DNA of 64,000 nucleotides from Bacilli bacterium (GCA_050948885.1 JBMNER010000006.1:1334-65333); one strand, 5' to 3'; counted from the stretch's first letter, positions 9,040-21,319 are shown. A program made the numbers and translations. Notes: generated by a model not told the origin, from the sequence alone.

Positions 9040-11763
9040 ATGAGTTATAAAGATACGTTATTAATGCCTAAAACGGATTTTAATATGAAGGGTAATTTAC
9101 CAGAAAATGAAAAACTAATGAGAGAAAAATGGGAAGAAATGAATCTTTATCAGGAAATATTAAAGAAAAATGAAAACAATGAAACCTTTATATTGCATGA
9201 TGGACCACCATATGCTAATGTCAAAATCCATATTGGAACTGCTTTTAATAAGATTTTAAAAGATTTTGTTAATAGATATAAAATGTTATGCGGTTATAAG
9301 ACCATATATATACCCGGTTGGGATACCCACGGGTTACCAATTGAAACAGCGGTAATAAATATGGGAATAGATAGAAAAAAGGTTGCCAAAATAGAATTTA
9401 GAAATTATTGTGAAAAGTATGCGAGAGAACAAATAAAAATTCAAAAGGAACAATTTAAAAATTTAAATGTAATTGGTGATTGGGATAATCCTTATGTTAC
9501 TTTTGATAAAAATTATGAAGCTAGACAAATTGAAGTGTTTGCTGAGATGGTGAAAAGAGGTCTTATTTATAAAGGGCTTAAACCTGTTTATTGGTCGCCT
9601 AGTAGTGAATCAGCTCTTGCTGAAGCGGAAATTGAATATAAAGATAAAACTGATTATTCTATTTATATAACTTTTAAAATCGAAGAAGGTAATGATTATG
9701 TAAAAAAGGGAGATAATTTAATTATTTGGACGACTACTCCTTGGACTCTCCCAGGGAATCTTGCCATTGCCGTCGGTAGCGATTACGATTATTCTAAGGT
9801 AGAAATAGATAATAAAAACTATATTATTGCCACTGAATTAAAAGATATTTTAAAGGTTAAATTTGGTTTCAATAAAATAAAAGAAGTAGCTACTTTTAAG
9901 GGCTATCATATTGAAAATATTAAATATAAGCATTGCTTTGAAGATAAAAAATTACCAGTAGTAATTAGTGACCATGTTAACTTAGATTCAGGTACAGGTC
10001 TTGTTCATATCGCACCTGGTTATGGCGTTGAAGACTTTGAAGTGGGTCAAAAATATAATTTAGGTATAATTATTGGTATTGATGAACAAGGTTATTTAAC
10101 TGATGAATCTGTTGGTTTTGGTGGTTTGTTTTATGAAGAAGCTAATGAAGTAATCATAAATAAATTAACTAAAAATGGTGATTTATTAAAAAAAGAAATG
10201 ATTACGCACTCTTATCCCCATGATTGGCGAACTAAGAAACCCGTTATTTTTAAAGCTACTAATCAATGGTTCTGTAGTATTGAAAGTATAAAAGAAGATA
10301 TTTTAAAAGAAATAACCGAAAAAATAAAGTGGGATCCTTCTTGGGGAAAACAACGTCTTTATAGTATGATTAAAGAACGAAAAGACTGGTGTATTTCTAG
10401 ACAAAGAGTTTGGGGTGTTCCGTTGCCAATTTTTTATAATGAAGATGGTTCAGCTATATTAGAACAAAATATAATTATGTATGTTGCTGAGTTGTTTAGA
10501 AAATACGGTTCAAATGTTTGGTTTGAAAAAGAAGCTAAAGATTTATTGCCACCGGGTTATACAAATCCCAAAAGCCCAAATGGCCATTTTACTAAAGAAA
10601 ATGATATTATGGATGTTTGGTTTGATTCTGGTTCTTCTCACACCGGAGTATTAAAAGAAAGGAATCTTAAATATCCAGCGGATATGTATTTAGAAGGAAC
10701 TGATCAATATCGTGGTTGGTTTAATTCCTCACTTATTTGTGGTGTGGCTGTTCATAATGAAACACCATATAAAAGTGTTTTATCACATGGCTTTGTTTTA
10801 GATGGTGATGGATTTAAAATGAGTAAATCACTTGGTAATGTAATTGATCCTAATGAAATTGTTAATAAATATGGTTCTGATATTTTAAGGCTTTGGGTCG
10901 CTAGTGTTGATTTTAGAGATGATGTTAGAATAAGTGATGAAATGCTAAAACAAATCACTGAAACCTACCGAAAAATTAGGAATACTTATCGTTTTATATT
11001 GGGAAATCTAACGGATTTTAATCCGGTAAAAGATTCAGTTTCATATGATGATTTATATCTTTATGATAAATATATATTAATTGAACTTAATGAATTGATA
11101 CTAAAAGTTAGAATGGCTTACGAAGCTCATAACTATCAAGAAATAATAAAATATATCAATAATTTTATTATTTCTAAATTATCAACATTTTATTTAGATT
11201 TTTCAAAAGATATATTATATATTGAAAAGGTTGATTCTCATAAAAGAAGATGTATTCAAACGGTAATTTATGAAACGTTAAGAAAAATATCAATTTTAAT
11301 GAGTGTTATTACTCCTTATACTAGTGAAGAAGTATATAGTTATATTCCTGGTAATAAAGAAAGGAGTATTCATTTGGAAAAGATACCCGAAGTTATCAAC
11401 TATAAAGATAAAATAACCATATTAAATAAATTTAAATTGTTTTTTGAAATAAAAGAAGATGTTTATAAGGCCCTTGAGGAAGCTAGAATAAATAAGATTG
11501 TTAATAAAAGTCAGGAAGCAAAGGTTTATTTAAATGTTAAAGGGGAACATCAAAAAGTAATTAATGAATTAAAAGATTATCTGAGTCAGTTATTAATTGT
11601 ATCAAAAGTAGAATTAAGTGACATGGATTTAGTAAAATATGATAATTGTCAAATTAAAGTTGAAAAGTTTATGGGAGTAAAGTGCAATAGATGTTGGGTT
11701 TATTTTGAAGAAAAAGAAATGAACGATGATATTTGTTTACGTTGTTATAATATTATAAATTAA
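9040..11763 (+). CDS. ileS: isoleucine--tRNA ligase
   Basis: 907 aa with GWDTHGLPIE, KMSKSLGN and a C-terminal CxxC..CxxC zinc finger. The HIGH signature reads HIGT (see findings). Confidence 0.96.
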   Translation: MSYKDTLLMPKTDFNMKGNLPENEKLMREKWEEMNLYQEILKKNENNETFILHDGPPYANVKIHIGTAFNKILKDFVNRYKMLCGYKTIYIPGWDTHGLPIETAVINMGIDRKKVAKIEFRNYCEKYAREQIKIQKEQFKNLNVIGDWDNPYVTFDKNYEARQIEVFAEMVKRGLIYKGLKPVYWSPSSESALAEAEIEYKDKTDYSIYITFKIEEGNDYVKKGDNLIIWTTTPWTLPGNLAIAVGSDYDYSKVEIDNKNYIIATELKDILKVKFGFNKIKEVATFKGYHIENIKYKHCFEDKKLPVVISDHVNLDSGTGLVHIAPGYGVEDFEVGQKYNLGIIIGIDEQGYLTDESVGFGGLFYEEANEVIINKLTKNGDLLKKEMITHSYPHDWRTKKPVIFKATNQWFCSIESIKEDILKEITEKIKWDPSWGKQRLYSMIKERKDWCISRQRVWGVPLPIFYNEDGSAILEQNIIMYVAELFRKYGSNVWFEKEAKDLLPPGYTNPKSPNGHFTKENDIMDVWFDSGSSHTGVLKERNLKYPADMYLEGTDQYRGWFNSSLICGVAVHNETPYKSVLSHGFVLDGDGFKMSKSLGNVIDPNEIVNKYGSDILRLWVASVDFRDDVRISDEMLKQITETYRKIRNTYRFILGNLTDFNPVKDSVSYDDLYLYDKYILIELNELILKVRMAYEAHNYQEIIKYINNFIISKLSTFYLDFSKDILYIEKVDSHKRRCIQTVIYETLRKISILMSVITPYTSEEVYSYIPGNKERSIHLEKIPEVINYKDKITILNKFKLFFEIKEDVYKALEEARINKIVNKSQEAKVYLNVKGEHQKVINELKDYLSQLLIVSKVELSDMDLVKYDNCQIKVEKFMGVKCNRCWVYFEEKEMNDDICLRCYNIIN

Positions 11764-11852
11764 AAGTTGCTTTTTGGGTTGTTTAAATATAAATTTAAAA
11801 TATAGTATTTAGAAAAGGAAGTTTAATAAAATTTCTTTTTCTTTTTAAAAAA

Positions 11853-11879
11853 TTAGCACTCATATATTGACAATGCTAG
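11853..11879 (+). promoter_or_regulatory. CIRCE-like operator 1 (perfect left arm, degenerate right arm)
   Basis: TTAGCACTC-N9-CAATGCTAG compared with the consensus TTAGCACTC-N9-GAGTGCTAA. It overlaps the -35 hexamer. Confidence 0.55.
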
Positions 11880-11895
11880 AACATACTATTATAAT
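11867..11895 (+). promoter_or_regulatory. sigma-A promoter of the hrcA-grpE-dnaK-dnaJ operon
   Basis: TTGACA (11867-11872), a 17-nt spacer and TATAAT (11890-11895): both hexamers match consensus perfectly. Confidence 0.8.
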
Positions 11896-11900
11896 GGTAA

Positions 11901-11927
11901 TTAGCAATTGTTTTAAGCGAGTGCTAG
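11901..11927 (+). promoter_or_regulatory. CIRCE operator 2 (HrcA binding site)
   Basis: TTAGCAATT-N9-GAGTGCTAG, with 15 of 18 arm positions matching the CIRCE consensus. It lies between the -10 and the hrcA RBS. Confidence 0.75.
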
Positions 11928-11937
11928 GGGTGATGGA

Positions 11938-12924
11938 ATGCTAAGTAAAAGACAGAAAGATATTTTAAAGATTATAGTGGAACATTATATTAAATTAGTA
12001 CGACCAGTAAGTTCTAATAATATTTGTAAATTATTGAACTGTTCCAGTGCCACAATTAGAAATGAAATGGTAACCTTAGAAAACTTAGGTTTTATTGAAA
12101 AAATGCATACTTCATCCGGTCGGGTTCCCAGCGAAAAAGGTTATCGCTATTATGTTGACTATTTAATGGAACCAAAGGCAATGACGGGTGAAGATATGTT
12201 AAAATTACAAACTATTTTTCATAATCAGTCATTACCGGTTAATGATGTGATTGCTAAAAGCATGACCATTATTTCGGAGTTAACTAATTATACAGCTATT
12301 GTTCTTGGTTCATCAGCTCAGGAAAACCGTTTACAACAAGTAGAAATAGTGCCTCTGGATAAGGAAGCCGTAATCGCCATTGTTATTACTGATAAAGGTC
12401 ATGTTGAACATAAAAGAATTGAAGTTCCCAATGTCTCTTTAGATGAGGTTAAAAAGACGGTTGAATTAATTAATAATCTAGTAGTAGGAACCCCGATTAG
12501 TAAAGTAAGTAGTAAATTGGAGTTTGAAATTAAACCGATTATTAGTAAATATGTTAAACAACATGAAATATTATATCAAGCTTTTTATCAAGCTTTTAAT
12601 GATTTTTCTCATAAGAATAGTATGCAGTTATCAGGGAAGGTTAATTTTTTAAAACAACCAGAGTTTGATAATGTTGATAAAATTAGAGATATTATTACCA
12701 AATTAGAAGATGATGAATTAGTGCGATCTGTTAAAGCTGAAGATAGTGATATTAAAGTATATATTGGTTCTGAAAATGAATTTGATGAAGATGTCACGAT
12801 TATTAAAACTAAATATACTATTGATGATGAAAGTGGTACGATTGCGATAATTGGCCCTAAAAGGATGGAATACAATCGAGTCGTTAGTTTGTTAGAGTAT
12901 CTAAAGGAAAATATAAAGAGGTGA
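11938..12924 (+). CDS. hrcA: heat-inducible transcription repressor HrcA
   Basis: N-terminal wHTH (LSKRQKDILKIIVEHYI...VSS) and hrcA-grpE-dnaK-dnaJ operon context. Confidence 0.95.
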   Translation: MLSKRQKDILKIIVEHYIKLVRPVSSNNICKLLNCSSATIRNEMVTLENLGFIEKMHTSSGRVPSEKGYRYYVDYLMEPKAMTGEDMLKLQTIFHNQSLPVNDVIAKSMTIISELTNYTAIVLGSSAQENRLQQVEIVPLDKEAVIAIVITDKGHVEHKRIEVPNVSLDEVKKTVELINNLVVGTPISKVSSKLEFEIKPIISKYVKQHEILYQAFYQAFNDFSHKNSMQLSGKVNFLKQPEFDNVDKIRDIITKLEDDELVRSVKAEDSDIKVYIGSENEFDEDVTIIKTKYTIDDESGTIAIIGPKRMEYNRVVSLLEYLKENIKR

Positions 12925-12928
12925 TAAA

Positions 12929-15308
<2,380 letters not shown>

Positions 15309-15321
15309 TACTAGTTTAAGT

Positions 15322-15349
15322 AGAAGTTCTAGTCGCTACTAGAACTTCT
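15322..15349 (+). terminator. 12-bp perfect hairpin between dnaK and dnaJ (partial terminator or processing site)
   Basis: AGAAGTTCTAGT-CGCT-ACTAGAACTTCT. There is no clear U-tract, so it probably attenuates rather than fully terminates. Confidence 0.5.
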
Positions 15350-15394
15350 CTCATATTGAATACTTATATTATAAAGTAGTGAGGTGGTGATCAA

Positions 15395-16510
15395 ATGGCA
15401 ACTAAAAGAGATTATTATGAAGTTTTAGGGGTTGATAAAAACGCTAGCGAACAAGAGATTAAGAGTGCTTTTCGCCAATTAGCGAAAAAGTATCATCCTG
15501 ATGTTAATAAGGCTAGTGATGCGGAAGCTAAGTTTAAAGAAATCCAAGAAGCTTATGCGGTTTTATCAGATACCAACCGTCGAAAACAATATGATCAATT
15601 TGGTCATGCCGCCTTCAATCAAGGAACTGGTGGCGGTTTTGGCGGGTTTGATTTTTCTGACTTTGATTTTAGTGATATTTTTAGTGAGATTTTTGGTGGT
15701 GGTTTTGGCTTTAATTTTGGTCGTAGTAATCGTCCTGACCGGCCAAGAAGAGGTCGAGACTCTATTATGCGGATGAATATTACTTTTAATGAAGCGGTTT
15801 TTGGTACTAAGAAAGTTATTAATCTTAATATTTTAGATGTTTGCGATGAATGTCATCAAAAAGGTGGGCATGGGGAAAAGACTTGTAGTAAGTGTCATGG
15901 CAGTGGGTATATTACCCAAGAACAAAGAAGCTTACTTGGCGTATATATGACTAGGTCTGAATGTCCACAATGTGATGGCAAGGGAAAAACCTATGATAAG
16001 GTATGTTCTAAATGTCGTGGTAGTGGTACGGTAAGAGTCAATAAAGACTTAACGATTACAGTGCCCGCGGGGATTGATACAGGTAATCAATTACGATTAC
16101 AAGGTAAAGGTGAAACCGGGACTAATGGTGGTCCAAATGGGGATATCTATATTGAGTTTAGTGTGTCTAACCACGAAATATTTATTAGGGATGACAATAA
16201 CATCTATCTGGAACTCCCAATTACAATCACTGAGGCCGCTTTAGGAGCTAAAAAGGAGATTCCTACCTTATATGGTAATGTCAATTTAATTATCCCCGAA
16301 GGTAGTGAAAGTGGCGATAAACATCGTTTAAAAGGTCGTGGTGTTCCTGATGTTAATACTAATCGTAAAGGTGATATGTTTGTTGTTTTAAAGGTGGTAT
16401 TCCCTAAAAGATTATCTAGAGAACAAAGATTATTACTGGAAAAGTTAGCGGCCACTAATTTAGATCGGGATAATATAATTAGTAACTTTAAAAGACACAT
16501 CAGTAAATGA
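15395..16510 (+). CDS. dnaJ: molecular chaperone DnaJ
   Basis: J domain with HPD (KKYHPDVNK), a G/F-rich linker and four CxxCxGxG zinc repeats. Confidence 0.97.
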   Translation: MATKRDYYEVLGVDKNASEQEIKSAFRQLAKKYHPDVNKASDAEAKFKEIQEAYAVLSDTNRRKQYDQFGHAAFNQGTGGGFGGFDFSDFDFSDIFSEIFGGGFGFNFGRSNRPDRPRRGRDSIMRMNITFNEAVFGTKKVINLNILDVCDECHQKGGHGEKTCSKCHGSGYITQEQRSLLGVYMTRSECPQCDGKGKTYDKVCSKCRGSGTVRVNKDLTITVPAGIDTGNQLRLQGKGETGTNGGPNGDIYIEFSVSNHEIFIRDDNNIYLELPITITEAALGAKKEIPTLYGNVNLIIPEGSESGDKHRLKGRGVPDVNTNRKGDMFVVLKVVFPKRLSREQRLLLEKLAATNLDRDNIISNFKRHISK

Positions 16511-16573
16511 GTGTCTTATTAATTAAAATATAATGGTTTTAAATATTTAGATATAATTATACTAGATTAATGT

Positions 16574-16792
16574 TTAAGGACATGGGTGGGGCATAAAACA
16601 ACGAAAAAGAAAATATAAAATAACGATGATGATAATGATCCAAATAATAATTCCTAAGCCGCCACCGGCACCATAAGGTGGTACACCGTAAGGTGGCGCA
16701 CCATAGGGTGGCACCGCTCCATAAGGTGATGCTCCATAAGGATAATATGGTGGTCTATAACAAGGGTTTCCCACTCCGTAAGGGCTTATCAT
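16574..16792 (-). CDS. small PPYG-repeat membrane protein (72 aa)
   Basis: Strong RBS AAGGAGGG 6 nt before the ATG on the minus strand. The N-terminal half holds five (P)PYG(A/V) repeats with a 15-nt period, followed by GGG and one very hydrophobic TM helix. Confidence 0.7.
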   Translation of the reverse strand: MISPYGVGNPCYRPPYYPYGASPYGAVPPYGAPPYGVPPYGAGGGLGIIIWIIIIIVILYFLFRCFMPHPCP

Positions 16793-17013
16793 TTTGTTCC
16801 CTCCTTTTATTTATCTAGTGATAGGGTATTCAGTTCCGCCAATGTTGATAGTTATATATATAATGGATTATTATAACTAATTAATAAATTAATTAGAGTA
16901 TAGGATTTTACTTAAACCAATTAATAGACTAATAACTGATAAAATATTTTAAATGAGAGGGTAAAAAAAGAAACTGTTATGTTAAAATATAAATAGAATA
17001 AATGGTGATTGGG

Positions 17014-17730
17014 ATGCAACGATATTTTGTAAAAGAAAAAATAGACAATACTTTTAAAATAATTGATGATTACCATCATGTTGTTAATGTGATGAGGATG
17101 AAGATTGGCGAAAAATTAGAGGTATCTTATCAGGGTATTATTTATTTATGTACTATTATTAAAATAACGAACGGATTTGTTTTAGTACAACCAATAGATA
17201 AAATATCACAGGATAATGAACTTGATATTAATGTAGCCATTGCCCAAGCCTTAGTTAGGGATGATAAGTTCTCATTAATTATTCAAAAGACCACCGAACT
17301 TGGGGTTAAGAAAATCATCCCGCTTATTACCGAAAGAAGTATAATAAAATTAGATGACAAAAGAAAACTAAGTAAAATAAAAAGGTGGCATCATATTGCC
17401 AAAGAGGCTAGCGAACAGTCAAAAAGAAATAACATCTTAGAAGTAACGCCAATTATGACTATGGAAGATTTAACTAAGCTACCTTATGATTATAAGTTAT
17501 TATGTAGTCCAAGGGAAAAAGAAAAAAGCATTAAAAAGGTTTTACAATCATTGTCAAAAAATGATACAATATTAGTAATTGTAGGGCCAGAGGGTGGTTT
17601 AACGCCAAAAGAAGAGGCTTTCTTAATAAAACACGGGTTTATAAGTGTCTCTTTAGGTAGTCGAATACTACGAACAGAAACAGTTCCCATATTTCTGGCG
17701 AGTATAATTAATTATGAGTTAATGAGGTGA
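17014..17730 (+). CDS. rsmE: 16S rRNA (uracil1498-N3)-methyltransferase RsmE
   Basis: MQRYFV N-terminus, a PUA-like domain and a SPOUT C-terminus (VGPEGGLTPKE...LGSRILRTETV). Confidence 0.9.
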   Translation: MQRYFVKEKIDNTFKIIDDYHHVVNVMRMKIGEKLEVSYQGIIYLCTIIKITNGFVLVQPIDKISQDNELDINVAIAQALVRDDKFSLIIQKTTELGVKKIIPLITERSIIKLDDKRKLSKIKRWHHIAKEASEQSKRNNILEVTPIMTMEDLTKLPYDYKLLCSPREKEKSIKKVLQSLSKNDTILVIVGPEGGLTPKEEAFLIKHGFISVSLGSRILRTETVPIFLASIINYELMR

Positions 17731-17737
17731 TGTGATA

Positions 17738-18349
17738 ATGGTAATAAAGGTGTCCTTTTCATGGCTAAATCAGGCCGTTGATTTCTACCATAATTTAAAC
17801 ATGATGGGGTTAATAATATTCTATAGTATTCTTTTAACCTTAATCTTATTAATTGTTTTAGTCGGTATGATGGAGAAAAATAAACAAGAGGAAAGAAAAA
17901 AACAATTACAAAAGGAGTTGACCTTACCTAACCAAGGTATTAAAGATATGGTTAGTGAGAGACTACCAGAAAGTATTATTAACAAATCAGAAGAATTACC
18001 GGTGGCCGTTGATGAAATTGATGATAATATTAATTTAACTAGTTTTGAAACTGAACAAGAGGAAAAGTCAATTATTAGTTATGAAGAGCTTATTAAAACG
18101 TTTAAGGATAAACACAATCAATCAGAAAGGCAAGCTAATGTGGTTGATAAAGGGGTCGAAGAAAGTAAAAGATACCCCAAGAAATTTTATAATTCACCCC
18201 ATATCTCACCAATTCATGGTTACGAGAGAGGCAATTATTTAGAAAAGGTATCTAGTCCAGTCAATGAAGATAATAATAACCAGCCACTAACAGATAGTAA
18301 TAGGGAATTTTTAACGGCTTTGAAAGAATTAAAAAATAATTTAGATTAA
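17738..18349 (+). CDS. hypothetical membrane-anchored acidic protein
   Basis: GAGGTGA lies 7 nt before ATG 17738. One N-terminal TM helix and a long, charged, low-complexity tail. I recognise no family. Confidence 0.6.
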   Translation: MVIKVSFSWLNQAVDFYHNLNMMGLIIFYSILLTLILLIVLVGMMEKNKQEERKKQLQKELTLPNQGIKDMVSERLPESIINKSEELPVAVDEIDDNINLTSFETEQEEKSIISYEELIKTFKDKHNQSERQANVVDKGVEESKRYPKKFYNSPHISPIHGYERGNYLEKVSSPVNEDNNNQPLTDSNREFLTALKELKNNLD

Positions 18350-18372
18350 CCCCGGCCGGGGTTTTCTTTTTT
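18348..18372 (+). terminator. intrinsic terminator
   Basis: GC-rich hairpin AACCCC-GGCC-GGGGTT followed by TTTCTTTTTT. Confidence 0.8.
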
Positions 18373-18386
18373 AGGAGGTGTTTTCA

Positions 18387-19676
18387 ATGCGGGTCGCCTT
18401 ATATACATTAGGTTGTAAAGTTAATATGTATGAAACGATTTTTTTAATAAATCAGTTTAAAGAAAAAGGTTACAAAATTGTCAACTTTAAAGAAACCGCC
18501 GATATTTATGTGATTAATACTTGTACAGTTACTAATAATAGTGCCTTAAAGAGTAAAAAAACTATCCGCCGAGTCATTAGAAATAATAAAAACGCTATTA
18601 TAGTGGTAATTGGTTGTTTAGTAGAATCACATTTTACCGAATTATCTACCGATGGTAATATTCATATTTTAGTAGGCAATAATAATAAGACTAAAGTACT
18701 AACATATATTGAAGAATATAAGAAAAATAACGAGCTAATCAGAGATAAGGAAAGCTTGTTAAGCCAACCTTTCTCGCCAATGATGATTACTTTTTGCCAT
18801 GATAAGACTAGAGCAGCTGTAAAAATTCAAGATGGTTGTCAGAATTATTGTTCCTATTGTATTATTCCTTATGTCCGCGGTCATGTTCGCTCTAAGCCAA
18901 AAGACATTGTCTTAAGCGAAATAACAGGCTTAGTTAATAATGGTTACCAAGAGATTATTTTAACGGGAATCAATATTGGTAGTTATGGTACTGATTTAAA
19001 AGATAATTCTTTATCATTATTATTAAAAGATATCCTTAAAATCCCCAACTTAAAAAGACTTAGAATTTCATCACTTGAGGTAACCGATATAAATGATGAA
19101 ATATTAGATGTTATTGCTAAAAGCGATATCATTGTTGACCATTTACATATTCCCTTACAATCAGGTTGTGATAAAATATTAAAGTTAATGAATCGTCAAT
19201 ATAATACGGAGTATTTTAAACACAAAATAATGGCGCTTAGAAAGATAAGGCCCAAGATGGCTATTACTACTGATGTTATGGTTGGTTTTCCTGGGGAGAC
19301 AGATCGGGATTTTAATGATACCTATAATTTTATCAACCAAATAAAATTTATGAAGCTACATGTTTTCCCTTATTCCAAAAGAGCCAAGACAAAAGCCGCT
19401 CAATTACCACAACAACTAAGCAATGATATTAAGAAAATAAGGGTGAGAAAGCTAACCTTGCTATCTAAGCAATTAGAGTTAGAATATATGATGCAATTTC
19501 TTAATCAACAAGTAGAAATATTAATTGAAACCGTTGATGATAATATTGCCCGTGGTCGGGCGGGTAATTATTTATTAGTTAAAATTAAAAACTTTAAAGG
19601 CTATTCAGGGACTTTACAACTAGTTAAAATAATATCAATTAGTTATCCTTATCTTATTGGTGAAATAAGTAATTGA
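18387..19676 (+). CDS. mtaB: tRNA (N6-threonylcarbamoyladenosine-C2)-methylthiotransferase MtaB
   Basis: AGGAGG lies 8 nt before ATG 18387. N-terminal MTTase cysteines (LGCKVN..CTV), radical SAM CQNYCSYC and a TRAM-like C-terminus. Follows rsmE as in Bacillus (yqeU-yqeV). Confidence 0.9.
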   Translation: MRVALYTLGCKVNMYETIFLINQFKEKGYKIVNFKETADIYVINTCTVTNNSALKSKKTIRRVIRNNKNAIIVVIGCLVESHFTELSTDGNIHILVGNNNKTKVLTYIEEYKKNNELIRDKESLLSQPFSPMMITFCHDKTRAAVKIQDGCQNYCSYCIIPYVRGHVRSKPKDIVLSEITGLVNNGYQEIILTGINIGSYGTDLKDNSLSLLLKDILKIPNLKRLRISSLEVTDINDEILDVIAKSDIIVDHLHIPLQSGCDKILKLMNRQYNTEYFKHKIMALRKIRPKMAITTDVMVGFPGETDRDFNDTYNFINQIKFMKLHVFPYSKRAKTKAAQLPQQLSNDIKKIRVRKLTLLSKQLELEYMMQFLNQQVEILIETVDDNIARGRAGNYLLVKIKNFKGYSGTLQLVKIISISYPYLIGEISN

Positions 19677-19850
19677 TTACACCTTAAGTTTTTATAGATT
19701 TAAAAGGGATATTTATTGGTATATATTAAAAAAGTTTTCAATAAGATAGTTAATAATACTTGTATAAATTAGAGACGAAAACTCATAATAAAAATAATAT
19801 CTTTCAAAAAAGATAAATAATAAAATAATCTAATTAAGAGGGTGATGTAA

Positions 19851-20015
19851 ATGAGAATGAAAGAAGGCCTACCTTATATCATAGCAGGTAGTATTTTAGG
19901 GAGTGCCATGGTAATGGTTTATTTAAGTGCTACTAATGGTAAAATGAAGCAGATAATGACCAACATGATGAAGAAAAAGCAACAAATGGCTGATGACTTA
20001 GACGACATGATGTAA
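19851..20015 (+). CDS. small membrane protein, 54 aa (not in the ORF track)
   Basis: GAGGGTGA RBS 5-6 nt before the ATG. MRMKEGLPYIIAGSILGSAMVMVYLSATNG forms one TM helix, followed by a Met/Lys/Asp-rich tail. It fills an otherwise empty 417-nt gap. Confidence 0.5.
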   Translation: MRMKEGLPYIIAGSILGSAMVMVYLSATNGKMKQIMTNMMKKKQQMADDLDDMM

Positions 20016-20093
20016 AGAACTAATGCTTAGTTTGAGTTTTAATTTACATCTTTTCCCAATAATGTTATAATAACCGTAGTAAGGTGATTATAA

Positions 20094-21233
20094 ATGAAAA
20101 AAGAAAATTTAGATGTGAAAAATTTAAATGAAGTTATAAAATTAGCCAATAATATTTTTAAAATAGCTTATTTTTTAATACTAATTATAGCCATCTATGC
20201 GATAACTTTAATCTTAGAAAAATGGGGCGTCTTGGATTTTATTTTAATTATTTTTAAAATTCTTACCCCACTTTTTATTGGTTTAGTCGTTGCTTGGTTA
20301 TTAAATCCAGCGGTTGTCTATTTACATAAACAAAAGATAAATAGAACTTTAAGTACAGTGATTGTTTATTTTGTGTTCCTTTTATCTTTTTATCTTTTAA
20401 TAAGTTTCTTTATTCCCGTTTTCTCCGAACAGATAAACGAATTTGTATTAATTGTACCCGTGATTGTTGATTCACTACTGGAGTGGGTTGACCGCCTTTT
20501 TATTACCTTTGGGTCGGCTAATAACGCTAATATTGAGCAAATAAAGTTAGGTATAATAGAAACCATTCAACAAATGGGCCTGGATTTTACTACTAATTTA
20601 CCCACTTTAACAGTTAACTTTGTGGCTTCCTTTATTTCTGGATTAGGTATTTTATTTTTAGGTTTGATGATTGGTTTTTTCCTCTTGTTTGATTTTGAAA
20701 AGGCCAAAAAAGTCATTGTGCGTATTATTCCGCGTAAAAATAAAGCGGATACTATGCTTATTTTACATGGAATTAATACCACTTTAAAACACTTTGTCCA
20801 AGGAATATTACTAACCTCAATTTTAATTTTTGTAGTATGTACTTTACTTTTTTCTATAATGGGATTAAAAGCGCCGTTATTATTTGGGTTAGTTTGTGGT
20901 ATTACTAATATAATTCCGATTGTGGGTCCATATATTGGTGGTATACCACCCGTTATTGTTGGTTTTGTTCAGGGGCCCGCCATAGGCTTACTAATTTTAA
21001 TTGCTATTTTAATTATTCAATCAGTTGAAAGTGCTTTTATTCAACCATTAATTATGAGTAAGACGATGAAGCTTCATCCGGTAAGTATTATTGTTGGTTT
21101 ATTAATATTTGGTTATTTCTTTGGCATTATTGGTTTAATGATTGCCACCCCAATCGTATCAATTATAAAATTATTATTCCAATTTTTTAATGATAAATTT
21201 AATATTTTTGATTTTAATAAAGAAAAAAGATAA
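20094..21233 (+). CDS. AI-2E family transporter (PerM/YrrI-like permease)
   Basis: 379 aa, about 8 TM segments, with the characteristic C-terminal region NIIPIVGPYIGGIPPVIV...IQ..E...I.P. Confidence 0.9.
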   Translation: MKKENLDVKNLNEVIKLANNIFKIAYFLILIIAIYAITLILEKWGVLDFILIIFKILTPLFIGLVVAWLLNPAVVYLHKQKINRTLSTVIVYFVFLLSFYLLISFFIPVFSEQINEFVLIVPVIVDSLLEWVDRLFITFGSANNANIEQIKLGIIETIQQMGLDFTTNLPTLTVNFVASFISGLGILFLGLMIGFFLLFDFEKAKKVIVRIIPRKNKADTMLILHGINTTLKHFVQGILLTSILIFVVCTLLFSIMGLKAPLLFGLVCGITNIIPIVGPYIGGIPPVIVGFVQGPAIGLLILIAILIIQSVESAFIQPLIMSKTMKLHPVSIIVGLLIFGYFFGIIGLMIATPIVSIIKLLFQFFNDKFNIFDFNKEKR

Positions 21234-21319
21234 TTGACAATTGATTAGAAGCAATGTTATAGTAATTGGTAATATATGTAATTATATTAAAAGTTATTAA
21301 AGCGGGAGAAGGTAATAAT

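Noticed and set aside
16640-16760. 15-nt periodic DNA repeat (CCATAAGGTGG-like units), considered as a VNTR or mini CRISPR-like array.
   Set aside because: The repeats are imperfect, contiguous (no spacers) and in frame within a well-signalled minus-strand ORF. They are the coding image of the PPYG peptide repeat. No CRISPR array exists anywhere in the window.
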